Made by a program: the position numbers and the translations under genes | The notes under the pieces: model-generated | Database searches by the model: none | What the model was told of the DNA's origin: nothing | Seen by the model: only the letters and a program-made list of their open reading frames with translations | Shown: positions 9,130 to 17,944 of the stretch, in pieces | Layout: each line of letters begins with the position of its first letter | How positions within the stretch are numbered: the first letter of the stretch is position 1 | NCBI RefSeq assembly: GCF_020442045.1 | Contig: NZ_JAGRLA010000062.1 | Coordinates: forward strand, 2,878 to 66,877 | Reading direction: 5' to 3' | Origin: Bauldia sp. | GTDB taxonomy: Bacteria > Pseudomonadota > Alphaproteobacteria > Rhizobiales > Kaistiaceae | DNA: 64,000 bases

Positions 9130-10175
9130 TGGGGCTGCCTTTCGCGGACGTAGGACAGCGCCAACAGGTGAAGCGTCGACGGGTAGTAGGTGGTCGGCTC
9201 GAAGCGCCGCAGGTCTTCCGGCACCGGCGTTCCGGCCGCGCAGGCAAGGGCGGCATCGAGCATCCGGTAGCCCGGGTCGGTCAGCGTCTCGACCGGCTGA
9301 CCGGTGGCGATATCGATGATTGCCGGGCCGATCGAGGCCGCGGCGTGCTCGAAATTCTCGAGGAGCGGGCCGCTCTTCGCACCGGCGCGCAGGAGATAAA
9401 GCGGGATCCGGATGGCGTTATAGCCGTAGACGGCAGGGAAATCCGGCGCCGGGGTCAGCCCCTCGGCGGAAATCGCGACCCAGTCGGTGGGAAGCCTGGC
9501 GGGACCGAAGCGGGCAGCGTTGATCAGTTCCGCACCCGATGCGGCAAGCTGCTGCCAGGGGTGATCCGGGGCGAGCTTCTCCAGCATCGGGAAGGCTTCG
9601 AATATCCAGTAGGATGGATTGACGACAAGCATCCCGTTGTTGTCGGCGCGGCCGAAGCCTTCCGCGCCCGGACGCAGGACGATGCGGTTGTTGGCATCGG
9701 TCAGCAGATTCTCGCCGATCGCGGAGGCGAGACCGCGCGCGGCCTCGCTGTAGCGCTGGTTCCGCCAGCTCTCGCCGGCGAGGCCGAGGGCGTAGGCGAT
9801 CAGGACGTCGCCATCGCTGGCATTATTGACATCGACGACGTGGGGCTTGGCCGAGGCGTCCCACTTCCAGGCGGCGAGACGGTCGCTGCGGATCAGCAAC
9901 TCGTTGCGGGTGAAGGTCCAGATCCGATCGAACCCGTCGCGGTCGCCGGCGGAATAGGCGAGCAGCAATCCGTAGCCCTGGCTCTCGCTGTGGCTGATGC
10001 CGCCATTGACGTCGTCGACGACGCGGCCGTCTTCTCCGACGAAATGGTCAGCATAGGCCGTCCATTCAGCGCCGCTGACCGTGCCCTCCATCGTCGGGGC
10101 CGGCTGGGCGGCGACGGGAAGCGCCGTGTAACAGGCTGCGACCACGGCCAGGCGACGGAGGAGGGAAGCGCTCAC
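9120..10175 (-). CDS. bcsZ: Endo-1,4-beta-glucanase, GH8 (BcsZ/CelC)
   Basis: SHSESQGYG, NNASDGD and YNAIRIPLY GH8 motifs; signal peptide; GTG start overlaps the bcsB TGA (GTGA). Confidence 0.9.
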   Translation of the reverse strand: MSASLLRRLAVVAACYTALPVAAQPAPTMEGTVSGAEWTAYADHFVGEDGRVVDDVNGGISHSESQGYGLLLAYSAGDRDGFDRIWTFTRNELLIRSDRLAAWKWDASAKPHVVDVNNASDGDVLIAYALGLAGESWRNQRYSEAARGLASAIGENLLTDANNRIVLRPGAEGFGRADNNGMLVVNPSYWIFEAFPMLEKLAPDHPWQQLAASGAELINAARFGPARLPTDWVAISAEGLTPAPDFPAVYGYNAIRIPLYLLRAGAKSGPLLENFEHAAASIGPAIIDIATGQPVETLTDPGYRMLDAALACAAGTPVPEDLRRFEPTTYYPSTLHLLALSYVRERQPQCL

Positions 10176-12682
10176 GAACGCCTCCCGAGCCTGGAAAGCA
10201 GGGCCGACGAGCAGATTCCGAGGACCGCGCAGAGCAGCACGAGGCCAATCGCGTAGCCGACGATGTTGATCGACAGCCAATTGGCCGCGACGAGCCGGAG
10301 GTTCTGGAGCGAAAAACCGTCGCCGAGGATGAAACGCTGGCTGTCGGCCGGCAGGATCGTCAGTCCGCTGGCCGCGTCGTAGCTGGCGATGCGTCCGCCG
10401 ACCACCGACCAGTATTGCCTGGTGGTGATTTCGGCGAGGCTGTCGACCAGCGCCTCCGTGGTCGGCGAGGCGACCAGCGTCCAGGTCTGGTCGCCGGAGG
10501 CGGGCGACTCGGCGACGATCAGCGTCGACCGGTTCTCGGGGTAGAAGGGCGGCTCGGTCGCCGACATCAGGGCGAGGGACGACAACGAGAGCTCGAAGGT
10601 CCGTTCGAGCCAGTTTTCGAAAGCGAGCCAGGTGCCGCGGACGCCGGAGGGATTGACCAGCTCGGTCTGCCAGCGGTCGTAGACGCCTTCGGTCCCGGCC
10701 GTTTCGCCGAAGGTCGCCGGCGGCGATGCCAGCGGGTCGAAGTCGAAGGGCAATCCGGTCACTTCCCGCGCCGACTGGCCGGTCCAGGTATTCTGGGCCG
10801 CCTCGTCAATTCCCATTCCGGCGAGGATGGTGGCCGGGAATTGATTGAGCGTGCCGACGAAGATCGAGGGAGTGGTATTCGTCGCCTGGGTATGGCCGAT
10901 GGCCGCCGGCACGATCCGATCGGCGGAGATGGCCAGCCGGGTCAGCAACATCGCAGCCGCCGAATAGGTCGCCGGGTCCTCGCGTCCGAGCACGACCTGG
11001 ACGGGCGTCACGGCGCGATCATAGGGGGAGCCGGCGCCGGCCAGCGCGGCGAGGTTGGGCCAGCGGCCGATCCGGGCGAAGTCCGGCATCTCGAATTCGC
11101 TGGTATCGAAGATCGCGAAGCGGGCGGGCATGTCGTCCGACTTGACGGGCGTGCAGGCGGCGTCGGCCTCGGTGTCGAGCACCGCCTCGACCGTCACCCG
11201 GTTGACCCCCGGCCGGAAATGGGTGAGCGCCACGCTGATCGGCAGGTGGCGGAAGATGTCGCCCGTACGGGAGGTCAGGGGCGTGTTGGCGGCGATATAG
11301 CCGTTGACATAGACGTCGATATGGCTGCCGGGGATGACCTCGTCGGTATAGGCCGCGTCGAGGTAGATCGTCGCCTCGCCATAAGCTTCCGCGTAGAAGT
11401 CGCTGGGCAGCGCGACATGGAAGTCACTGTGCGAGCGCCGCCCGGTGAATTCGGTGGTCGGGACCGCCAGCTCGGAGAATTTCAGCCGCGTTTCCCCGGT
11501 CAGTATCGGCACGGTCGGCAGCAGCCAGGGCGTGGTGTCGACGGCCGTCGGTATCATCCCGGCGGGACGCGCGACGGAGCCGGCGATCCGGTCGATCGCC
11601 GCCTCGACGGCACTCTGATTGGGGCCGGAGATGACTAGGGTCGGCGTGGCGCCGCCGGTGCCGATGAAGCCGACCACCGGGCCGGCCCCGGCCTGATCGG
11701 GCAGACCCGGAAGGGTGGCGAGCTCGCTCGCCGTGCCGACGGCGATCTGCAGGGTGCCGGGCGGCGGCGACTGAAGCGCCGTCGGCTCGATCCGGACCAC
11801 CTGCTGGCGGAAATTGCCGCGCAACGCGATGGCCTGTACGAGGCGCAGGAGATCGGCGCCGGCCAGCATCCGGTTGCCGCCGGGCAGGACCAGGCGGAGC
11901 GTCGTCGTGCCGTCGTCGGCGAAGCCGACGGCCGGGAGATCGTCGAGGGTGGTGAAATCGTTTCCGGGCGGGGCGTCGGCATAGACCAGACCGGTGCCGG
12001 GGCTCTCGATGTCGGTCCACAATTCGTAGGTCGATTCGATCGTGCAATCGGTGCGATGGCGCTGGTCGATCTCGAAGGTCAGGACGTTGACGCCGGCCTT
12101 GAGGACGCCGGCGGGAAGGTCGATGGTGTCGCGCTTGCCGTCTGCGACCGCGGCGAGGGAACCTTCGAAGACCCGCTTGTCGTTGATGCTGATCCTGAGG
12201 CTGGAGCTCTCCGGCGCGACGTAGATCGAGCTGTTGCGGGCGATGACCAGTTCCCGCGCGCGCCGCGCCTGGGAAGCGGTCAGGGCCACGCCCCAGGAAC
12301 GCCGCCCGGCTTCGCCCTCGAAGCGGAGCTTGGCCGCCGGGAGGATGAAGCGATCGATGTCGCCGGCGTATCTCTCCTCCGGTTTCGGTGCGGGCGCCGG
12401 CTCGCTCGGCGCGGCCGGCATCGCCGGCTGGACCGGTGCGGCTGGCGGTTCCGGAGCCTCGGGCAAGATCGCCGGCGCCGGCTGCGTCGCGGTATCGTCC
12501 GGGCCGGCATCGGGGAGCGTGTCAAACGGCATGACGAAGGTATCGCCGCCGGAGGGCTGCCCGATCACCGGCTCATCGCCACGCTCCGGCGACATGTCGA
12601 AGGGCGTCTGGGCGGCGGCCAGGGTCGGCAGGATGATCGCCGTGGCAAGCAACAGGCCTCTAACGCGGAAGACCGGACTCAT
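10172..12682 (-). CDS. bcsB: Cellulose synthase periplasmic subunit BcsB, about 836 aa
   Basis: Signal peptide, Pro-rich linker, QRHRTDCTIESTYELWTDI motif and a C-terminal TM anchor; ATGA overlap with bcsA. Confidence 0.88.
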   Translation of the reverse strand: MSPVFRVRGLLLATAIILPTLAAAQTPFDMSPERGDEPVIGQPSGGDTFVMPFDTLPDAGPDDTATQPAPAILPEAPEPPAAPVQPAMPAAPSEPAPAPKPEERYAGDIDRFILPAAKLRFEGEAGRRSWGVALTASQARRARELVIARNSSIYVAPESSSLRISINDKRVFEGSLAAVADGKRDTIDLPAGVLKAGVNVLTFEIDQRHRTDCTIESTYELWTDIESPGTGLVYADAPPGNDFTTLDDLPAVGFADDGTTTLRLVLPGGNRMLAGADLLRLVQAIALRGNFRQQVVRIEPTALQSPPPGTLQIAVGTASELATLPGLPDQAGAGPVVGFIGTGGATPTLVISGPNQSAVEAAIDRIAGSVARPAGMIPTAVDTTPWLLPTVPILTGETRLKFSELAVPTTEFTGRRSHSDFHVALPSDFYAEAYGEATIYLDAAYTDEVIPGSHIDVYVNGYIAANTPLTSRTGDIFRHLPISVALTHFRPGVNRVTVEAVLDTEADAACTPVKSDDMPARFAIFDTSEFEMPDFARIGRWPNLAALAGAGSPYDRAVTPVQVVLGREDPATYSAAAMLLTRLAISADRIVPAAIGHTQATNTTPSIFVGTLNQFPATILAGMGIDEAAQNTWTGQSAREVTGLPFDFDPLASPPATFGETAGTEGVYDRWQTELVNPSGVRGTWLAFENWLERTFELSLSSLALMSATEPPFYPENRSTLIVAESPASGDQTWTLVASPTTEALVDSLAEITTRQYWSVVGGRIASYDAASGLTILPADSQRFILGDGFSLQNLRLVAANWLSINIVGYAIGLVLLCAVLGICSSALLSRLGRRS

Positions 12683-14895
12683 CGGCCGGCCTCCTCGACG
12701 ACGTCCTTCGGCTCCGGCGCCGGAGTCGGCTCGGGGATCGCCGCCTCGCGCACCGCACCGATGCGGCGCATCAGGTAGATCATGCCGCGGCCGCTCTGGA
12801 CGACCGACAGCTTGAGGAACCAGAGGGTCCCCTTGATGATCCCGATATTGACCCGGCGTGACTCCTGGAAGTCGCTCCACTGCTTGGAATTGGCGAAGAG
12901 GAGGTCGGCGATCAGGCGGAAGTGGCTTGCCCCGTGCGGCATGAAGCGACATCCGATGAGAAGCGCATTGTCCTCCATATTCGAACTGCGGATCGACAGC
13001 GGCAGCGTCTTCTCGCCGATGTCGGACAGCGGTTCGAAGCTGATGCTCGACAGGCGGGTCATATCCAGATGCGGGATCGCGGTTCCGAGCACCTTGATGC
13101 GGGCGCCGCCGATCGAAACGTCCTCGATCGAGGCCGGGATCACCTCGTCGCCATAGTGGAAATCGCAGCGCCTGACGATCTCGACGCGGTGGCTGCTTTG
13201 CGGGTTCCGCCGCTCCGAGACGACGCCGAGGGCGCAGCCGACCATCAGCAGATTGAGGATGTTCCAGGTACCGACGACAAGCGCGACATCGGCCTCATAT
13301 GGCTGCGAGATCAGCCGCCAGGCGGTCATGCCGACGCCGGCCAAGAGGATCGCGAAGATGATGTAGAAGGGGCCGCCGAGCTCGGAGATGTAGTTCCTGT
13401 CGAGCTTCTCGTCCTTGGCGGTCACCTTGAAGGTCGGCTTGCGGGGATTCATCAGGACCGAGATCAGCGCCGGCAGCAGATAGACCGACTGGATCAGCTC
13501 GTAGAGCTCGGAGATCCACGGCCACCGGTAGCGGCCGTAGAGGTAGTTCTGCATCATCAGGTTGACGATCATGTACATCAGCGTATAGGCGGCGAATTCG
13601 CCACCCGACGCGACGAAGATCTCGGCTCCGAAGAAGAGATAGAAGAGCGGCGAGATCAGGAAGATGATGCGCGGGATCGGGAACAGCCAGAACAGCGTGC
13701 TCGACATGTAGGCGAAGCGCTGCGACAGGGCGAGGCCGCGCTTAAGGGGCGGGAAGCGGAAGCGCAGGATCTGCATCATGCCCTGACCCCAGCGCGTTCG
13801 CTGGCCGATGAAGCTGGCGAAGGTGGTGGGCTGGAGACCGGCGATCAGCGGCTTGTCGACGTAGACGCTGTGCCAGCCGCGGGCGTGGAGCTCGAGAGCC
13901 GTCTCGCAATCCTCGGTGATGCTGATGCCCGAGAAGCCGCTGGTCTCGGCCAGCGCGGTCCGCCTCAGCACCGCCGCGGAACCGCAGAAGAAGGAGGCAT
14001 TCCACTTGTCGAGGCCGCGCTGGATGATGCCGTAGAACATCTCGTTCTCGGACGGCATCTTGTCGAAGGTCCTGAGGTTGCGCTCGAGTGGATCCGGGTT
14101 GATGAAGAAATGCGGCGTCTGGACGAGGAAGAGCTTCTCGTCCTCCTCGAAATAGCCGACCGTCTCGGTGAGGAAGTCGCGGGCCGGCGCATGGTCGGCA
14201 TCGAAGACCGCGACGAGTTCGCCGGTCGAATGGTCGAGGCCGTTGTTAAGGTTACCCGCCTTGGCATGCTCGTTGCGGGCGCGGGTGAGGTAGTTGACCT
14301 CCAGGTCCCTGCAGAGCTTCTGGAGCTGGGCGCGGCGCTGCTGGGCCGTGACCGCTTCCTCGACATTGTCGGAGTTGCATTTCTGGTCGGTGCCGCCGTC
14401 GTCGAGCAGCCAGATCGTCAGCTTGTCGGCCGGATAGTCGAGCCCCTTGGCCGCCGCCAGGGTCGTGGCGAGCAATCCGGCATCCTCGTTATAGGTCGGG
14501 ACGAAGATGTCGACGGTCGGCAGCTTCTTCGGCTTCGGCGCGACGCGGCTCGGAAGCGGCTTGGCGACGACGAAGAGGCTGAGGAAGAGCATGAAAACGT
14601 TGTAGAGCTCGGCGCCGAAGAGGAGCACGCCGGGAACGAAATTCTCGGGCTGGTTGATCGGCGGGATGGTCTCGGTCGAGCGCCAGTAGACGTAACGCAG
14701 GACGATCGCGATCCCCAGCGAGAGCGCCATCAGCCGCCAGATGCCCTCGGGCCTGACGACCTTGAGGCCGATCATCGCGGTGACCACGAGCGATCCGGCG
14801 ATCAACTGCGCCTGGAGGCTGATCGGCAGCGTTATCAGAAAGAGCGCTGCCGCTGCCGCAATCGCCCAAAGAAGTCCCAATCCGATCTTCGTCAT
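12679..14895 (-). CDS. bcsA: Cellulose synthase catalytic subunit BcsA/CelA, 738 aa
   Basis: DDG, HAKAGNLN, DADH, FFCGS, TED, QRTRW, FKVTAK gating loop and C-terminal PilZ (DVSIGG). Confidence 0.96.
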   Translation of the reverse strand: MTKIGLGLLWAIAAAAALFLITLPISLQAQLIAGSLVVTAMIGLKVVRPEGIWRLMALSLGIAIVLRYVYWRSTETIPPINQPENFVPGVLLFGAELYNVFMLFLSLFVVAKPLPSRVAPKPKKLPTVDIFVPTYNEDAGLLATTLAAAKGLDYPADKLTIWLLDDGGTDQKCNSDNVEEAVTAQQRRAQLQKLCRDLEVNYLTRARNEHAKAGNLNNGLDHSTGELVAVFDADHAPARDFLTETVGYFEEDEKLFLVQTPHFFINPDPLERNLRTFDKMPSENEMFYGIIQRGLDKWNASFFCGSAAVLRRTALAETSGFSGISITEDCETALELHARGWHSVYVDKPLIAGLQPTTFASFIGQRTRWGQGMMQILRFRFPPLKRGLALSQRFAYMSSTLFWLFPIPRIIFLISPLFYLFFGAEIFVASGGEFAAYTLMYMIVNLMMQNYLYGRYRWPWISELYELIQSVYLLPALISVLMNPRKPTFKVTAKDEKLDRNYISELGGPFYIIFAILLAGVGMTAWRLISQPYEADVALVVGTWNILNLLMVGCALGVVSERRNPQSSHRVEIVRRCDFHYGDEVIPASIEDVSIGGARIKVLGTAIPHLDMTRLSSISFEPLSDIGEKTLPLSIRSSNMEDNALLIGCRFMPHGASHFRLIADLLFANSKQWSDFQESRRVNIGIIKGTLWFLKLSVVQSGRGMIYLMRRIGAVREAAIPEPTPAPEPKDVVEEAGR

Positions 14896-15045
14896 ACGAG
14901 TCGTGCTGCTCTGGCCGTCGTCGGCGCCCCCTTATGGTTATCGCCCGCGGGTAGTTCCGGGATCGCTAACTCCGCGGATGGAGCTTGCGGTCCCGCCTGG
15001 TGAATCGTCATCGTGGCTAACAAATCCTTTATGCCGTCCTCCTCA

Positions 15046-15927
15046 TCAGCCCTCCGGTCCGGGAACACGGGCGTAGCTGCCGGGGGATTCCGGCTCGGGC
15101 AGTGGGACAATGGGCCCCTCGACGACCGGGGGGGGCGCCGGTGCCGGCTTCGGCCTCGAGGGGGCCGGACGGACCGGCTTCGGTTCGACCGGAAGCGTCG
15201 GTTCGAAAGGCGCCGACACGCCGCCGAGGCTCTCGCTGACCGGCGGCGGCTTGCCGTAAGGGTTCCAGAGGGGCGAGGGCAGGTAGCCGACGATGGTGAA
15301 GCCGTACATCACCGAAAGCAGCTGCTGCTCGCTGGCGCGGGCATCGCAGAGCCGCAGCCGGATGCCGACCGAGCCCGTCGTCGGCAGGATCTGGTCCTGG
15401 TGGCGGCCGATATGCTGCCAGGCATAGAGGCAACGGTCGCCGGTCGAGGCGATGCCGGTGGCGAAGCCGAAGGGCCCGTATTTGTTCTGGGCGTAAAGCT
15501 GCGAGCGCCTCATCGGGACGCCGAGCAGGTACCAGTTGAATTCCTTGGCGATCTGCGACGGCGAGATCGAGTTCGGGCCGAGGGCGTTGTCCTGGACGGT
15601 GGTGTAGCCGACCGGGCCGTAGAGGGTGATGTTGAGGAAGTTCTGTCCCGACACCCTGGCGTTGGTCTCGAGGATCGTCTCGCGGACGATGGCGTCCTTG
15701 AAACGCTTCTCGAGGACGCCGACCGTCGCCGGCCCGCCCGGCGGCAGCGTGACGAAGGACTGGTTGGCCGGGAGCTCGGTCTTGACCCCCGCGATCCGCG
15801 GTCCCGACGCGCAGCCGGCGAGCGAACAGAGCAGCAAGAGAGCGACCGACAGCCGTCCGCCCCGACGCGGCGAAGCGCGCCTGGCAGCAAGCGCGATTCC
15901 TGACGGGGTGGGCTCGGCCAAGATCAA
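15046..15927 (-). CDS. bcsN: BcsN-like lipoprotein of cellulose operons
   Basis: Lipobox LLCSLAGC; GQNFLNITLYGP, NKYGPFGFA, CLYAWQ and IRLRLC; sits at the head of the bcs operon. Start codon uncertain (TTG). Confidence 0.65.
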   Translation of the reverse strand: MILAEPTPSGIALAARRASPRRGGRLSVALLLLCSLAGCASGPRIAGVKTELPANQSFVTLPPGGPATVGVLEKRFKDAIVRETILETNARVSGQNFLNITLYGPVGYTTVQDNALGPNSISPSQIAKEFNWYLLGVPMRRSQLYAQNKYGPFGFATGIASTGDRCLYAWQHIGRHQDQILPTTGSVGIRLRLCDARASEQQLLSVMYGFTIVGYLPSPLWNPYGKPPPVSESLGGVSAPFEPTLPVEPKPVRPAPSRPKPAPAPPPVVEGPIVPLPEPESPGSYARVPGPEG

Positions 15928-16274
15928 TCACACGGGTTGGGCTCGGCCGCGGCGAAAGCCGTCGGCAAAAAGCGGCCAATTTCCAGTGGATTAACCGTGT
16001 CGAATTATGCTTAACGAAGTCCTAATATCGGCGGTTTCAGGCGGGTTTGAGCCCGGTTTTCGGCACCGGCCGGACATCCGTCGACCGGTGGTGGCCCGCA
16101 GCGGCGCCGCGACACCAAGATCAGCCTCCAACCACAGTATCGCGTTGGCCGCGCGCGAATCACGGCCCGACGGTGAACAGCCGGCGCCGCTCGGCCCGTC
16201 ACGGCGGCATCCCGCCCGGTTTCGCGATCGCGGGAATGGCGGAAAGAAAGCGGAATCCGCGCTCTTGCGGGCCG

Positions 16275-17258
16275 TCAGGCAGCGACCAGCGGCACCAGTC
16301 GCGGCGGCTGGCCGGAGAGACCGAAGAGATCGAGGGCGAGATCGACGGTCAGGCGGTTGACCCGATCGACCGCCTCGGCGGTGTTCGAGCCGTTATGGGT
16401 GCCGAACATCAGGTGGTCGAACTTGCGGAGCGGGCTGTCCATGGGCAGCGGCTCGGTCTCGAAGACGTCGAGCGCGGCGGTCGCCACCTTGCCGCTTTCG
16501 AGCGCGGCGACGAGCGCCGGTTCGTCGATGATCGGACCTCGGGCGACGTTGACGATGCGCACGCCGTCCTTCATCCGCGCGAAGGCGTCCGTCGAAAGGA
16601 GATGGAAGCTCTCCGGCGTCAGGGCGCAGGTGACGACGATGAAATCGCTGTCGGCAAGCAGGCGGTCGAGACTGACCTGGGCCGCGCCCTCGCGTTGCAT
16701 GAGCGCCGGATCGATCTCGGCCGGATCATAGCCGATCACGGTCATCCCGAAGGCGGCGAGCCGACGGCAGGTCGCCCGGCCGATGCCGCCGAGGCCGATG
16801 ACGCCGGCGGTGCATCGGGACAGCGAGGTGCCCTCGACCTTGAGCCAGCCGCCCGACCAGACCGACGCGCTCATCCGGTGGAGGCCACGGGCGAGGTTGA
16901 CGACATAGGCGGCCGCGCAGTCGGCGACCTCCTCCGAGAAGACGCCCGGCGTGTTGTAGACGGCGATGCCGAGCTCGGCGGCGGCGGCCTTGTCGATACC
17001 GTCGGTGCCGATGCCCCATTTGATGATCGCCTCGAGCCCCGTCGCCTTGCCGGCCTCGAGGACCGGGCGGCCGATGATGTCGTCGCCGGCGATCACCAGC
17101 CGCTGCCCGACGATGACCTTCTCCATCTCGGCGGAATCGAGTTGCTGTCCGTCGACCGGAGGGATGCTGACCTGGATGCCATGCCCTTCGATCTCGGTAC
17201 GGAAGCGCTGATAGTGGCGCATCAGGTGGCCACAGGTAACGAGCAGGGTATGGGTCAT
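16275..17258 (-). CDS. D-isomer-specific 2-hydroxyacid dehydrogenase (PGDH-like)
   Basis: KWGIGTDGID, NTPG, GVIGLGGIG, VNVARG, LDVFETEP and THNGS; ATGA overlap with the upstream cytidylyltransferase. Confidence 0.88.
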   Translation of the reverse strand: MTHTLLVTCGHLMRHYQRFRTEIEGHGIQVSIPPVDGQQLDSAEMEKVIVGQRLVIAGDDIIGRPVLEAGKATGLEAIIKWGIGTDGIDKAAAAELGIAVYNTPGVFSEEVADCAAAYVVNLARGLHRMSASVWSGGWLKVEGTSLSRCTAGVIGLGGIGRATCRRLAAFGMTVIGYDPAEIDPALMQREGAAQVSLDRLLADSDFIVVTCALTPESFHLLSTDAFARMKDGVRIVNVARGPIIDEPALVAALESGKVATAALDVFETEPLPMDSPLRKFDHLMFGTHNGSNTAEAVDRVNRLTVDLALDLFGLSGQPPRLVPLVAA

Positions 17259-17944
17259 GCCTTCAGTCGTCCTTCCGCGCGTTCCCGATAGACGACCTCG
17301 GCAATGCGGAAGTTGATTTCCTCATCGATATCAACGGCTTCCCATGGCGACATCTCGAACATATAGGGGCGCCGTCCGAGACGGTTGCGGGTTTCAAGCA
17401 AGGTGTCGCCGCCGAAGATATAGAGGCAGGAATTCTCCTCGTAGAGCGGCGGCAGGTCCTGGGTTCTCAAGAGGATATTGGCGTTGTGATTGACCGGCCG
17501 GCAGAGCTGGTCCCACAGGCGGGTCTGATGCGCCGTCACCGAGAACAGGCTGTCGTAGTTCGGATAGTTCTTCTGGAAGGTCTCGACCGCGCCGTCGATC
17601 GTCTCGGTGGTGATCAGCGGGTTGGTCGAATGGGTCTGCAGATAGAAGCGCGACGGGACCTGCGCCATGTCGTGAAGCAGCACCTCGTTCATCGGGGTGG
17701 TGCCGTCGGTCAGATGGGCGGGCCGCTCGATCAGCACGACCGAGGGATATTTCTCGGCGCATTGCTCCATGATGATCGGCGAATCCGTATCGATGACCAC
17801 CTTCTCGACCGCCTTGCAGGCGAGGAGCACGTCGAGGACATGCTGGTAGAGGGGGCGGCCGTCTCCGAATGCCCGGTAGTTCTTTCCGGGCACGCGTTCC
17901 GAGCTGTGCCGCATCGGCATCAGTGCAACGATTTCGTGGGTCAT
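17255..17944 (-). CDS. Acylneuraminate cytidylyltransferase family protein (NeuA/KdsB-like)
   Basis: PMRHSSERVPGKN (P-x-R-x-x-S-x-R-x-x-x-K-N), QTHSTNPL, ENSCLY and AVDIDEE. Confidence 0.85.
   Translation of the reverse strand: MTHEIVALMPMRHSSERVPGKNYRAFGDGRPLYQHVLDVLLACKAVEKVVIDTDSPIIMEQCAEKYPSVVLIERPAHLTDGTTPMNEVLLHDMAQVPSRFYLQTHSTNPLITTETIDGAVETFQKNYPNYDSLFSVTAHQTRLWDQLCRPVNHNANILLRTQDLPPLYEENSCLYIFGGDTLLETRNRLGRRPYMFEMSPWEAVDIDEEINFRIAEVVYRERAEGRLKA

Noticed and set aside
6934-15003. Long plus-strand ORFs opposite the bcs operon (6934-9153, 10415-11638, 12922-15003)
   Set aside because: Antisense shadows; the minus-strand frames carry all the family motifs.
15991-16015. Two TTAAC motifs 20 bp apart upstream of bcsN, as a possible CtrA site
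   Set aside because: Spacing does not fit TTAA-N7-TTAA; only half-site similarity.
16088-16098. TGGTGGCCC resembling the tRNA 3' end, as a possible att site
   Set aside because: Too short and mismatched against TGGTGACCCCGACAGG; expected by chance in GC-rich DNA.
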